Shown: positions 8,808-18,935, counted from the first letter of the stretch. The stretch is DNA of 64,000 nucleotides from Candidatus Latescibacterota bacterium (GCA_965226795.1 CBDDDZ010000005.1:544001-608000), one strand, 5' to 3'. The notes: generated from the letters alone by a model not told the origin. Program-made: numbers and translations.

Positions 8808-9573
8808 GCAAATCCGGCATGTGCTGGAGGCGGTGCGCGAAAACGAACTGGATGTCGACAGCGCGATGGCACGGTTGAAGAAGCTGCCGTTTGAAGACCT
8901 GGGGTTCGCGCACGTGGACCATCATCGGGCCATGCGGCAGGGATTCCCCGAGGTAATCTTCTGCCAGGGCAAGACCGTCGAACAGGTTGTGGAAATCGCA
9001 CGCCGGATTTCTGACGCGGGATCCACGCTTCTGGCAACAAGGGCCGACGTAGCCCAGGCTGACGCTGTGCGTTCGGCCTTGACCGGAGTGGACTACAACC
9101 CGGTGGCGAGGACGTTGTTTATGCGCGGAAGCGATTTGGGCAGTATCGCGACGACAGGAGAGGTCCTGGTTATTTCAGCGGGAACATCCGATTTGCCGGT
9201 TGCCGAAGAGGCCGTGGTAACAGTGGAGGCGATGGGAAGCCGGGTGAGAAAGCTGTACGACGTGGGTGTTGCGGGGATTCATCGGTTGTTCGCCTATAGG
9301 GAACAGATCGACCAGGCCGCGGTGATTGTGGTGGTGGCGGGAATGGAGGGCGCGCTACCTTCGGTCGTGGGCGGGTTGGTGGACGTCCCCGTGATTGCGG
9401 TGCCGACCAGCGTGGGCTATGGCGCGAGTTTCGGTGGATTGGCCGCGCTGTTGGGGACGTTGAATTCCTGCGCGCCAGGCGTGGCGGCTGTAAATATCGA
9501 CAATGGATTCGGCGCGGGTTTCTTCGCGGGTCTCGTCACACGGGCGCATGCTCGCGGCGGGCGAGGGTCTTAG
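8797..9573 (+). CDS. larB: Nickel pincer cofactor biosynthesis protein LarB (PurE-like)
   Basis: D.HR..RQGFPEVIFCQGK, AGTSDLPVAEEA, DVGVAGIHRL, VAGMEGALPS, NIDNGFGA. Confidence 0.93.
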   Translation: MTPEQIRHVLEAVRENELDVDSAMARLKKLPFEDLGFAHVDHHRAMRQGFPEVIFCQGKTVEQVVEIARRISDAGSTLLATRADVAQADAVRSALTGVDYNPVARTLFMRGSDLGSIATTGEVLVISAGTSDLPVAEEAVVTVEAMGSRVRKLYDVGVAGIHRLFAYREQIDQAAVIVVVAGMEGALPSVVGGLVDVPVIAVPTSVGYGASFGGLAALLGTLNSCAPGVAAVNIDNGFGAGFFAGLVTRAHARGGRGS

Positions 9574-9576
9574 CCG

Positions 9577-11031
9577 CTACCGGCGTCCGAGGCCCAGGCG
9601 ATTCTCGAGTGGAACGGGATGTCCGGCGGTATCCGCGAGCGGTCGCGCGGGAAACGAGTGTTTCGTTTTCAGGCTGAGAAAGACCAGAAAGAGCAGCGCG
9701 ACCGGTACGGCCAGCAGGTCTGCCGGTAGATCCGGCGTGAGATAGATAAGGCAGATCCACGCGATGAAGCCCGAAACCATGGCCCCAAGCGCGCCGGGCA
9801 GATTGGCTCGAGACCACCAGATGCCCGCGGTGAGCGGCACAAAGAGGGTGGCCAGCAGGATCGACCATGAGTTTACCATCAGCGTATAGACCGTATTGTG
9901 CGCCAGTGCGAGGTAGACGGCAATCAGGCCGAGAATCGGTACGCTGATGCGGCAGATCCGCAGAATGATACGTTCGTCGGCGTCCGGACGGACGTAACGG
10001 ACCAGATCCCATCCGATAACGCTGGCCGGGGCGAGCAGGGCGCTGTCCGCGCTGCTCATCAGGGCGGAAACGAGCGCGCCGAGAAAAACGGCCATCGCCA
10101 GGGGCGAGAGATATTTCATGCCCAGGTGCATCATGATCATTTCCGGATCGCCGAGGTCGGGAAAGATGAGGGTTCCGGCGATGCCGAGAAAGACCGGAAG
10201 CAGCCCGACGGTCATATAGAGCGCGCCGGCAAGGTAGGCGCTCTTCTGGGCGACGGATTCATTTTTGCTCGATAGGCTGCGCTGGACCAGATCCTGTCCC
10301 GCCAGATTGCCCAGGCCGATTACCAGCCAGTCCCGGGCGTAGGCGAACCAGCCGGGCGGACCGGCGTTTCGGGGATAGAGGTAAAACCGGTCTTCATGGA
10401 TTCGCGCACTGAGGGCCGACCATCCGCCCATGTCGTTCAGCAGTAGCGGTGTAATGACCAGCAGACCCACCGTCAGAACGGCAACCTGGATGAAGTCCGT
10501 AAGCGTGACGGCCCACATGCCCCCCGCGGTTGTGTAGACGAGTACGATAGCGGCGCCGATACAGATGCCCAGGGTCGGGTCAAGTCCGGTGAGCGATTGG
10601 ATGACCCGGCCGAAGGCGACCATAAGGGACGCCACCCATCCGAGATACGCGGGGATGGTGCACAGCGCGGCCACAGCACCCGCCGCGCGCCCGAAGCGGC
10701 TTTCAAAAAAGCCAGCGATGGTCGTCAGGCCCATCCGGCGCATGATCCGGACGTAGAAGAGCCCAGCCAGAAAGAGACACAGGGCGGCGCCGAACGGATC
10801 GGCGATAACGCCCAGAAATCCCTTCTTGTAGGCCTCGCCGGCAGCGCCGATGACGATGCCGCCCCCGAACCACGTGGCCGCCAGGGTTCCGGTGGCGAGC
10901 CAGATGCCCAGCCTCCGGCCGGCAACGATAAAGTCGGCCGAGCCTTTTACCCGCCGACCGGCGTAGAGCCCCACCCCGAGGGTGAACAGAATGTAGGCGG
11001 AGAGACCAAGGATGATGGAAAGGTTGGGCAT
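9577..11031 (-). CDS. Sodium:solute symporter family protein
   Basis: Polytopic membrane protein; FIVAGRRL, YT..GGM.AV..TD..Q, SALMSSADS. Confidence 0.92.
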   Translation of the reverse strand: MPNLSIILGLSAYILFTLGVGLYAGRRVKGSADFIVAGRRLGIWLATGTLAATWFGGGIVIGAAGEAYKKGFLGVIADPFGAALCLFLAGLFYVRIMRRMGLTTIAGFFESRFGRAAGAVAALCTIPAYLGWVASLMVAFGRVIQSLTGLDPTLGICIGAAIVLVYTTAGGMWAVTLTDFIQVAVLTVGLLVITPLLLNDMGGWSALSARIHEDRFYLYPRNAGPPGWFAYARDWLVIGLGNLAGQDLVQRSLSSKNESVAQKSAYLAGALYMTVGLLPVFLGIAGTLIFPDLGDPEMIMMHLGMKYLSPLAMAVFLGALVSALMSSADSALLAPASVIGWDLVRYVRPDADERIILRICRISVPILGLIAVYLALAHNTVYTLMVNSWSILLATLFVPLTAGIWWSRANLPGALGAMVSGFIAWICLIYLTPDLPADLLAVPVALLFLVFLSLKTKHSFPARPLADTAGHPVPLENRLGLGRR

Positions 11032-11090
11032 GTCAAGACCTGGAATCAGGATTCAGAAATCGGGCGACGGCGTTCTGTAAACATCCCGAT

Positions 11091-12242
11091 TCACTCTATG
11101 CGGTTGTATTGTTTTAGGATGTCGACAAGTCGGTCCAGGGGCAGGCCGGGAATAGTATTGTTGTCCCGGCCCGTCATGGTGTCCGCGGCGCAGAGCGCGT
11201 TGACAATGGCTTCTTCTGTGGCCTCGACCGTGGCCTGTAACAGCGGATTCAGGCGATGGTCGCGCAGTGTGTGTACGGTATCCGCCATCGCTGCGTTCCG
11301 GGGGATGCGGCGGGCGGTGGAGAAAGCGAGAACCAGGTCGCCGCTGCTCGTTCGCGAGAACGTGCCGGTACGGCTCACTCCGAGGGCGGACCGTTTGCAG
11401 AGCCGGCGAAGCTGAATAGGGATCAGCGGAGCGTCGGTGGCGATCAGGATGACAATGGAGCCGTCGCGGGCCGGCGGGCGGGGCGCCACTGGCAGGTGTC
11501 GTCCGACGGGAACCCCGTTGATGACCAGATTGGGACGCCGGCCGCAGTTGGCATTCACAAGTACGCCAAGAGTATACCCGCCCTGCGCGTCGTCGAGCAC
11601 CCGCGACGCCGTACCCACGCCGGCCTTGAAGCCATAAGCCCGCATCCCCGTGCCCGCGCCCACCGATCCTTCGTCAACCGGCCCCCCCGCTGCGGATTCG
11701 ATCGCCAGGATGGCATGGTCCTCCTTTACGTGGCGGCCCGCGATATCGTTGAGGCCGCCGTCGTAACATTCGGCTATAACGGGCAGGGGCACGCGCCCAG
11801 CATCCTGTTGGAGCATATAGGCGACAACGCCGCTGTACGCCTCGCCGACGCTGAGGGTGTTGGTGAGGATCACCGGCACCTCCAGCAGACCCCGTTCGTT
11901 GATCCACTCCATGCCGGTCATCTCGCCGTTTCCGTTGAGCGCTTCGGCCGCGGCGAAGACCTGGTTCAGGTAGACGTCGTCGGGGTGTGGTACCACGGCG
12001 GTGACACCGGTACGGACGGGACCCTTTCCGACAACCAGTTTCCCCTCGCCGCTGATTAGGGTGACGTGGCCCACCTGGACGCCCGAGACGTCGGTAATGG
12101 CGTTATCGGGGCCGGGCGAAAGCACACCGATACGGATACCGAGATCACGTGCCCTGGGACGCTGGGCGCATGCGGTGCCCGCACAGAGCGCGAGACTGAG
12201 GAGCGTGAGTACCCATCGGCGAAAATTTGTAAAGGAATCCAT
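11091..12242 (-). CDS. DmpA / peptidase S58 (P1) family aminopeptidase, with signal peptide
   Basis: RARDLG, NAITDV.GV.VGH, EGSVGAGTGM, DGSI, ATDAPL. Confidence 0.92.
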   Translation of the reverse strand: MDSFTNFRRWVLTLLSLALCAGTACAQRPRARDLGIRIGVLSPGPDNAITDVSGVQVGHVTLISGEGKLVVGKGPVRTGVTAVVPHPDDVYLNQVFAAAEALNGNGEMTGMEWINERGLLEVPVILTNTLSVGEAYSGVVAYMLQQDAGRVPLPVIAECYDGGLNDIAGRHVKEDHAILAIESAAGGPVDEGSVGAGTGMRAYGFKAGVGTASRVLDDAQGGYTLGVLVNANCGRRPNLVINGVPVGRHLPVAPRPPARDGSIVILIATDAPLIPIQLRRLCKRSALGVSRTGTFSRTSSGDLVLAFSTARRIPRNAAMADTVHTLRDHRLNPLLQATVEATEEAIVNALCAADTMTGRDNNTIPGLPLDRLVDILKQYNRIE

Positions 12243-12325
12243 AACGCAGAAGTCGGAGTTCGGGCTGACGGGAGACCGGTGCCGCGGGAAGCACCCGTTT
12301 GTTTCAAATGCTCGGGATGCCCCGC

Positions 12326-13582
12326 TTACGTACGCGCCTGGCGCACCTTAATCGGCCTGTTCGGGCGGCCGACGTCAGCCTTTCGCCGGACACGAAATTC
12401 CGATTTGGAAAAGAAACCGGCTTTCACTGTTCCCACCTGGCGCGTCCGGTGGGTTCTGTCTTTCCAGACGAAACTCCCGAATGTTCCTGACAAACCCACC
12501 AGGACCGTGTACGGAATCTGCAGAAGTTCCCACACCGGTAAAACCGGGAGGAGGTCGGTCCGGCCGAAGAGGCGGGCGCCTTTCCATACCACGCCCAGAT
12601 CCGCCAGTGTTTTGACCGCGAAACAGGCCAGCGGCAGGCCGTAGGCCTGTTCGCCCACACCCAGGATCGTGGCGGCAGGTATGAGAAGGTTGAGCAGAAA
12701 GACATTCGCGAGATAGACGAAAAATACGGGATTGAGCGTCACCACGTTTCGGGCGTTCGACGCCCATCGGCGCCGCTGGGTCCAGAAACCGGCCATGGAT
12801 TCGGAGCGCCGGGTGTTGACAAAGGTGTCCGGGTGGTTTGCAAATGCGACCTTCGCGCCAGCCCGGCGGAACAACTGAAGCAGGAGTACGTCGTCACCGG
12901 ACGGGCAATGGGCGACCTTCTCGAATCCGTCAACCCGTTCGAAGAGTGCCTTCCGGTAGCCCAGGTTCTGGCCGGTCGCGGCCAGCGGCATCCCCAGGTT
13001 GGCGGCACCGGCCGACGCGGACATGAGGGCGAGAAAGTCGAATGCCTGCAACCGTTCCACCGGCATCAGCCGATCCTGGTCGGTCTTGACCTGCGAATAC
13101 CCGATGACGACGTCCGCGCCGGCTTCGAGTTGCGAGACCATGCCGGCGATCCAGGTGTTCGGCACGGCACAATCCGCGTCGGTGGTTAGAATGATACTGC
13201 CTCGCGCGGCCCTTATGCCCTCGGAAAGGGGCCGTTTTTTCGCGGCCATATGCTGAAAGGCGTCCGTGACTTCAATGTTTCGGACCCGGGAATGCCGGGC
13301 GGAATACCCGGCCGAGATAAGCGGCGTCGGGTCGGTTGAACCGTCGTCGACGACCAGGACTTCGTATCGGTCGGCGGGATAGGTCTGGTTGACCAACCCC
13401 GCGAGGCAATCGGCGATATATTCCGCTTCGTTTCTCGCCGCAACCACGACCGACACGAACGGCCGTGAGTGGGCGCAAGCGGGCCTGTTCTTTCGGCGCA
13501 GGCCAATCAGAAAAGCCACGGCGGCGCCGAGGTAGATTGCCGTTGAAACCAGCAGGAAGGCATTGATCAGGGAGGTCAACAC
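12326..13582 (-). CDS. Family 2 glycosyltransferase, membrane-bound
   Basis: SVVVAARNE, VDDGSTD, TTDADC, SGDD, QRRRW. Confidence 0.92.
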   Translation of the reverse strand: MLTSLINAFLLVSTAIYLGAAVAFLIGLRRKNRPACAHSRPFVSVVVAARNEAEYIADCLAGLVNQTYPADRYEVLVVDDGSTDPTPLISAGYSARHSRVRNIEVTDAFQHMAAKKRPLSEGIRAARGSIILTTDADCAVPNTWIAGMVSQLEAGADVVIGYSQVKTDQDRLMPVERLQAFDFLALMSASAGAANLGMPLAATGQNLGYRKALFERVDGFEKVAHCPSGDDVLLLQLFRRAGAKVAFANHPDTFVNTRRSESMAGFWTQRRRWASNARNVVTLNPVFFVYLANVFLLNLLIPAATILGVGEQAYGLPLACFAVKTLADLGVVWKGARLFGRTDLLPVLPVWELLQIPYTVLVGLSGTFGSFVWKDRTHRTRQVGTVKAGFFSKSEFRVRRKADVGRPNRPIKVRQART

Positions 13583-13769
13583 GGATATATGGGGTCGGAA
13601 GCGGTTGGAACCTGAACTTGAACGACGTGAAACGACGAAAACCGATCGACGGCGGAAAGCGATCCGGGATCATGACGACGGCAGCGGGTGGAAGCGAGGC
13701 AGGCGGAGGCCCGGGATCCGGACGCCGATTCTGCGCCGGCGCGCGCATCGCAGCCGCGGGTTGCCGTCT

Positions 13770-14828
13770 CTAATGTTTCACCTCTTCGATATCGTAGAAC
13801 ATGCCTTTGATGCCTTCGGAACAGTTATTGCAAATGGGTACCGAAGACCGGTCCTTGAGGATGGCGTTTCTGAAGCCGGTATAGGCCGCGCCGGACCAGA
13901 TGTTTTCGAAGTCCGGCTCTTCCAGCGTGTTTCCCAGTCCGTAATGGACGTCTTTGTCGAAACAGCACGGTGACACGGCCCCGTCCCAGTTGACGACTGT
14001 ACTGTACCAGAGGTGCCTGCAGGAATTGGTAATCTTGCCGTTCATCGTGAGTTGGTCCGCATCGTAACGGTAGCGGCTTAAAGACTCGTTTTCAGGAAGG
14101 TACTGTTCCGCCTCTGTATCGGTATAGACCTGGGCTGTTTTGAGCGATAGGCGGTCAACGCCCAGATCCCTCGCCAGGTTCCGGGCGGCGTCGATCTCGG
14201 TCTCGTTGTGTTTGAAAATGATGAACTGCAGGTGGATGACGGGATGGTCCGCATTCAGCGTCTTCTTTGCCGTACTGAGGAGGCGGATCCCGTCAAGTAC
14301 CCGGTCGAAGTTGCCGCCGACGCGGTACTTGACGTAGGATTCCGGGGTCACCCCGTCCAGGGAGACCACGATTTCGTCCAGACCGGAGGTGACGATATCT
14401 TCGGCATCGCTTCGGCTTCGGATGTAGTGGACGTTGGTGCTGGTGATGGTTGGGACGTTGTGTGCCTTGGCCAGACGGACCATGTCGGTCAGCCGCTTGT
14501 TGATGAAGGGTTCGCCCTGGTTCCACAGCATCAGGAGCACGAGGTCTTTCGCCTGTTCCTCGAAGATCCGCTTGAAGGCTTCGAATTCCATCGTGCCGCG
14601 CGGCCTGGTCAACCCCCCGTTGCCGGATGGACAGAGCGGGCATTTGAGGTTGCAGAGGTTCGTGGGCTCCAGCATCAGGATGAAGGGGCGGCCCATCCGG
14701 ATATCCCGTTTGGCCAGGCGCGAGAGGGAGTAGGAGGCAACCACTTTGGCTGCGTTCCAGACCCGCCGGACCGTCAACGCTCGGTGGTAGCGCGCAACGA
14801 TCCTGGGCAACAGTCTGAGTGAGAGCAT
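13770..14828 (-). CDS. Radical SAM/SPASM domain protein
   Basis: CNLKCPLC (CxxxCxxC), QGEP, C-terminal C..LW...VNWDG.VSPCC...C..C. Confidence 0.92.
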   Translation of the reverse strand: MLSLRLLPRIVARYHRALTVRRVWNAAKVVASYSLSRLAKRDIRMGRPFILMLEPTNLCNLKCPLCPSGNGGLTRPRGTMEFEAFKRIFEEQAKDLVLLMLWNQGEPFINKRLTDMVRLAKAHNVPTITSTNVHYIRSRSDAEDIVTSGLDEIVVSLDGVTPESYVKYRVGGNFDRVLDGIRLLSTAKKTLNADHPVIHLQFIIFKHNETEIDAARNLARDLGVDRLSLKTAQVYTDTEAEQYLPENESLSRYRYDADQLTMNGKITNSCRHLWYSTVVNWDGAVSPCCFDKDVHYGLGNTLEEPDFENIWSGAAYTGFRNAILKDRSSVPICNNCSEGIKGMFYDIEEVKH

Positions 14829-14830
14829 AT

Positions 14831-15931
14831 CTATTTCCAGCGGGAGAGGGAAAACGCGCCCAGTGCGCAAAATACGACGATATAAGGCACGGCGAGCAAC
14901 TCCATGATTGGAAAGGACCACAGGAGTTGGCGTGCATTAAAAAGGCGAGCCGCTCCGTACAGAAGCAGCCAGTCGGCGAGTATTTTAGCCGCGGCTATCA
15001 GGCCGAAGGGAAACAGGAACGCCGGCTCCTGCCAGGCCAGAAGGGGCCCGGCGGCGAGAATCAGATGGAATATATAGATACTCACGGCGACAAGCAAGAC
15101 CGAATTTCCGTAGTAAACGGCTTTGGACTGGTACCGGACCTGGCGGCCGTAAAGGCCGTCGGTATGGGGGCTTGAACTCACGCTGGCTTCGGGATTGAAT
15201 CGAATGCGCCATGCCGTCCGCGAGGCGATGCGCCGCATCAGCAGGACGTCGTCCCCGCCGCGAATATGGCCGATGGGTTCGAAGCCGCCGGCATCGTGGA
15301 ATGCGGATCTTCGGTAGGCCAGATTCCGACCGGTACAGGTCAGCGGAAAACCCAGGCCCATGCTGCCTGCCGCCAGGGCGGACACCACCAGACTTTGAAG
15401 GGCAAGCATTCGGGACAAGAGCCCACTTTTCGGGATCAGAGGCGCATATCCGGCGACCACGCCGACGTCAGGGTCAAAGGCGCGTACGGTGGAAGCGATC
15501 CAGTCCGGGGAAGGGGCGCAGTCCGCATCGGTGGTGAGGATGATCTCGCCGGCGCCGGAGTGAATGCCGAGGTGCAGGGCGTTTTTTTTGGGGCAGGCGA
15601 ACGGCCCGCCGGTTGCGCGCACGACTCTGAGACCGGGGATCCGGTGGGTCCACACAAGCGCACGGCTGGAGGTGTCGTCGGTTGAACGGTCGTCGACGAC
15701 GATGACTTCGGTGTGTTCGGGAGGATAGGTCTGAGCGGCAAGGGCTGCGAGGCACGCTTCGACGCGATGGGCCTCGTTGCGGGCGGGAACGACGACCGTG
15801 ACGTCCGGGTTGTGGGCGTTGCGGCCCTGCGACAATCGACTCAGACCTTTACGGATGGCGCCTGCGACGACAACATAGACCAGGCAAAGGAGCGATGAGA
15901 CGAACGCCAGCGTTTCCATCGTGGCCGTCAT
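14831..15931 (-). CDS. Family 2 glycosyltransferase, membrane-bound
   Basis: VVVPARNE, VDDRSTD, TTDADC, NLAYRR, GGDD. Confidence 0.92.
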   Translation of the reverse strand: MTATMETLAFVSSLLCLVYVVVAGAIRKGLSRLSQGRNAHNPDVTVVVPARNEAHRVEACLAALAAQTYPPEHTEVIVVDDRSTDDTSSRALVWTHRIPGLRVVRATGGPFACPKKNALHLGIHSGAGEIILTTDADCAPSPDWIASTVRAFDPDVGVVAGYAPLIPKSGLLSRMLALQSLVVSALAAGSMGLGFPLTCTGRNLAYRRSAFHDAGGFEPIGHIRGGDDVLLMRRIASRTAWRIRFNPEASVSSSPHTDGLYGRQVRYQSKAVYYGNSVLLVAVSIYIFHLILAAGPLLAWQEPAFLFPFGLIAAAKILADWLLLYGAARLFNARQLLWSFPIMELLAVPYIVVFCALGAFSLSRWK

Positions 15932-17109
15932 GTATCGCGGGCACCGCGGACATCGCCGATACACTGTCTGATCCAGGCCAGATTGGCTTCCGGCATAATG
16001 CCGTAATTGTAGAACGAAAAGCGGCGGATGCCCAGGCTCAATGCGCATTCGACGCCTGCCCGGAGTGTCCGGACGTCCGGAGAAGCCGGAGGATAGGCCT
16101 GAAGGCCGACCACGAGTTGCTGTGGGTTTTTCAGGTCGGGTACAATGTCGGAGATAGTCGCTTGTATGCAGTTGGCGTCGGGTGTATAGGCGAGGGTTTC
16201 CGCGTAATCCGCGATTTCCGCGAGACGCGAGCGGCCCACGGCCGTGCCGTATCGATCTCCCATAAAGATGAAAGAAACAGGAACCCCGGCGGCGGCCTTG
16301 ACCTCCTTCAGCAGGCTCGCGACAACCTCGTCGCGCATCCGGAGAAATGGATCGAGTTGCGGCACCTCGGCGATGAGTTCCTCAGGGGATTCCGCAGGGG
16401 GGATGCCGGATGCCAGGGTCCGGCGCAGCCTGGACTCCACGGCCCGCGAAAGGGCGTTGGGATCCAGGCCTTTCTCTTTCGCCCGCGATCGACATGCGTC
16501 GCAGAAGCAGAGGGAGAGAAGCAGACGCCCCGCCGGCCCCAGCTCGACACCGTGTTTGACGTGGTAGTGGGTATGTCCGAATCCGCCATAGGAGAGAGAC
16601 TCGCATTCAAGGAGGGCGATTCCGTAATTCTTCACCAGGTCTTTGGCCAGCGCGGCGGCAAAGGTGCGGACCCCCGGGTTGGCCGGGCAGAGCCGGGAAG
16701 TGCTGACGTCGCCGGTGCAGGCGACTTCGGCGCATTCCGGATGCCGGCCGGCCTGGTAGGAGTTGTGAAGGAATACCGTCCACGCGATGAGTTCCAGACC
16801 GGCGCCGGAGGCGGCCCCGGCCGCGTCCGCGTACCAGTTTTCGCCGCCCATCAGCGGGCTGACGTGGGGCTGTATGGGCGTGTCGGCATACAGGCTCCCG
16901 TCGGGCTGAAAATAGACGGCGGCTTGCGGGATCTGGAGGAGCACCTTGCCCGGAGAATGGGGGCGCAGCATCTCGAAGGTGTGGTACGCCGAGGCCAGGC
17001 TGATTGCGTCCAGGCCGATTTCGTCCCTGAGCCGTGTTGCGATGGCTTCGGGCCGGCCGTCGGCCAGGTCCCACGGGTATGACCACAGGGTGGTGTGCAG
17101 GCTGGACAA
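15928..17109 (-). CDS. Uncharacterised glycoside-hydrolase-like TIM-barrel protein
   Basis: YPWDL, LASAYH, AW.V.LHN, LCPANP, FYNYG; TTG start with GGAGAGG RBS; its stop overlaps the GT2 start. Confidence 0.75.
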   Translation of the reverse strand: MSSLHTTLWSYPWDLADGRPEAIATRLRDEIGLDAISLASAYHTFEMLRPHSPGKVLLQIPQAAVYFQPDGSLYADTPIQPHVSPLMGGENWYADAAGAASGAGLELIAWTVFLHNSYQAGRHPECAEVACTGDVSTSRLCPANPGVRTFAAALAKDLVKNYGIALLECESLSYGGFGHTHYHVKHGVELGPAGRLLLSLCFCDACRSRAKEKGLDPNALSRAVESRLRRTLASGIPPAESPEELIAEVPQLDPFLRMRDEVVASLLKEVKAAAGVPVSFIFMGDRYGTAVGRSRLAEIADYAETLAYTPDANCIQATISDIVPDLKNPQQLVVGLQAYPPASPDVRTLRAGVECALSLGIRRFSFYNYGIMPEANLAWIRQCIGDVRGARDT

Positions 17110-17193
17110 TTCAACCTCTCCAGGTGCAGATGGTAAACCCCCGGGGACATAAGATTCTCGAACCCCGGATGATATGGTGAACGAAAGGCCTAA

Positions 17194-17353
17194 CAGCCCG
17201 TTGAAAAAGTCCATCCGGTCTGCGGTCGGCTCTTGTGACCGAATTACTGCGTTGCGCTCCCTCCCCGAATCCCCCGATTCGACTCGGTCGCGCGCCTTGT
17301 CTTCGGTCACAATCGCTCGGCCTCGCCTGCAGAGCGACTTTATCAACGGACTG
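17194..17353. mobile_element. MITE, 160 bp (un-nested copy, opposite orientation to 4220..4543)
   Basis: TIRs CAGCCCGTTGAAAAAGT / ACTTTATCAACGGACTG; CTAA duplicated at 17190-17193 and 17354-17357. Confidence 0.87.
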
Positions 17354-17508
17354 CTAAACTACGACGTTGATGGTACCACCTGTCTAAGGCAATTGCAAGG
17401 GATTTCGGCCGAGTGCCCTTGGCTTAGTTGGAGGGTAAGGCGAATGATGGGTCGCGCTCCAGGACCTCGATGTCTTTCTCCTATATCTCTAATTTTTATT
17501 TTCTTACG

Positions 17509-17718
17509 CCCTTTTTCTTTCTCGCCAAAGAAAAAGGGCCAAAAAGAACGGCGCCTGCCTGCCGAGCACGGCTCGGCGCAGGCAGGCCGCTCAGACGCCG
17601 CGGGGCTGCTTTTCCGCGAATATCGCCCGAAGCCGGAACATGAGACGCTGCCCTGTATACGTTTTAGCGCGGACGTTGCAATCGTGGGGAACGGAACAGC
17701 GCGGAAAAGCCCCCGCAC
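17509..17718. repeat. Hairpin/mirror-repeat element copy A, with a 33-bp palindromic insert at 17554..17586
   Basis: CCCTTTTTCTTT-CTCGCC-AAAGAAAAAGGG-CCAAAAAGAA; related copies at 20884, 26095 and 61603. Confidence 0.85.
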
Positions 17719-17792
17719 CCCAGACCGGCCGGTCGCCCCTACAAAACCAGGCATCCACGAATTGACATCACCAGGGCGTATCGCTTACCGCT

Positions 17793-18935
17793 TTATATGT
17801 ATCCCGTGGAGCCGTCGGGGCGGACGGGCGCCGTGCGCTGCCAGTGAGGCACTTCCATATCCGCAAGCGCGTCTTCGTTCACTTCGATGCCGAGGCCCGG
17901 ACGGTCTCTGAGCTCCAGGTATCCGTCGACCGGCAAGTAGGGATCCGGGACGTAATCCATCCATCTCGACCCCACGGGTATCACGTATTCCAGGATTTTG
18001 AAATTGTGCGTAGCGGCGGCGAAGTGCACGTTGACCGCCGTTGCGATCGGTCCCATTGGATTGTGGGGCGCGATGGTGACGTAATGGGCTTCGGCGATGG
18101 CGGCGATTTTCCGCATTTCGAGGAGGCCCCCGCATACGCAGACGTCGGGCTGGATGATGTCGGCTGCCCTTGCGGCGATGAGATTCAGGAATTCAAAGCG
18201 TGCGTACAGGGATTCCCCTGTTGCCAGCGGCACCAGCATCTGGCTGCGCAACTGTTCCCAGGCGGGGATGTGTTCCGGTCTGAGGGGCTCTTCGTAAAAC
18301 AGGGGATCATAGGGGGCCAGGGCATTGGCGAGTTGCAGGGCTCTGATGGGTTCGAAGATCTTGGCGTGCGGATCGAACGCGAATTCCCAGTCGTCGGGCG
18401 TATGCTTTCGCAGGTCTTCGAAGTATTCGGCGGCGGCTGCGCATACCCGTCCCCATCGGTTGGCGTCGGGATTTAACAGGAAGGGACTGGTCTTGAACGC
18501 GGTGAACCCCCATTCCGCATTCAATCGTTGTGCGCCCTCCGCTGCGGCTGCCCCGGTCGGCCCGCCACAGCTCTGGTAGACTCTTACGCGGTCTCGCAGG
18601 TTGCCTCCCAGAAGCATGTAAACGGGTACGTTGGCTGCTTTGCCGCTGATGTCCCACAGCGCGTGTTCGATGCCGGATATGGCGGCCAGGCCGGTGCCGC
18701 CCGCGGGAAAACGAAACTGCTGGTGGGTCTTCATCATCAGGTATTCGATTCGGCGGGGATCTTCACCCACGAACCACGTGGCGACATAGTTGACGATGGG
18801 CTCGATGGAGAGATCGGGACCAATCGAGTAGGCTTCGCCCCATCCGTCAATTCCCTCGTCGGTTTCCACCTTGACGAGCGCCCGGGGACGGTTGCTGTAG
18901 GTGACGAGAAAGGTCTTTATTGCAGTGATCTTCAT
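17793..18935 (-). CDS. Mandelate racemase/enolase superfamily, galactonate dehydratase-like
   Basis: VKVETDEGI.GWGE, ALWDISGK..NVPVY.LLGG, EEP, ATGE, APHNP.GP. Confidence 0.9.
   Translation of the reverse strand: MKITAIKTFLVTYSNRPRALVKVETDEGIDGWGEAYSIGPDLSIEPIVNYVATWFVGEDPRRIEYLMMKTHQQFRFPAGGTGLAAISGIEHALWDISGKAANVPVYMLLGGNLRDRVRVYQSCGGPTGAAAAEGAQRLNAEWGFTAFKTSPFLLNPDANRWGRVCAAAAEYFEDLRKHTPDDWEFAFDPHAKIFEPIRALQLANALAPYDPLFYEEPLRPEHIPAWEQLRSQMLVPLATGESLYARFEFLNLIAARAADIIQPDVCVCGGLLEMRKIAAIAEAHYVTIAPHNPMGPIATAVNVHFAAATHNFKILEYVIPVGSRWMDYVPDPYLPVDGYLELRDRPGLGIEVNEDALADMEVPHWQRTAPVRPDGSTGYI

Noticed and set aside
13583..13769. RiPP precursor peptide beside the SPASM enzyme
   Set aside because: No small ORF with an RBS or precursor-like composition
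14341..14356. CGGGGTCACC match to the tRNA-Glu 3' end as an att site
   Set aside because: Short match inside an intact radical SAM CDS; likely chance
17110..17346. N-terminal extension of the 472-aa ORF
   Set aside because: It runs through the MITE; a better start is the RBS-led TTG at 17109
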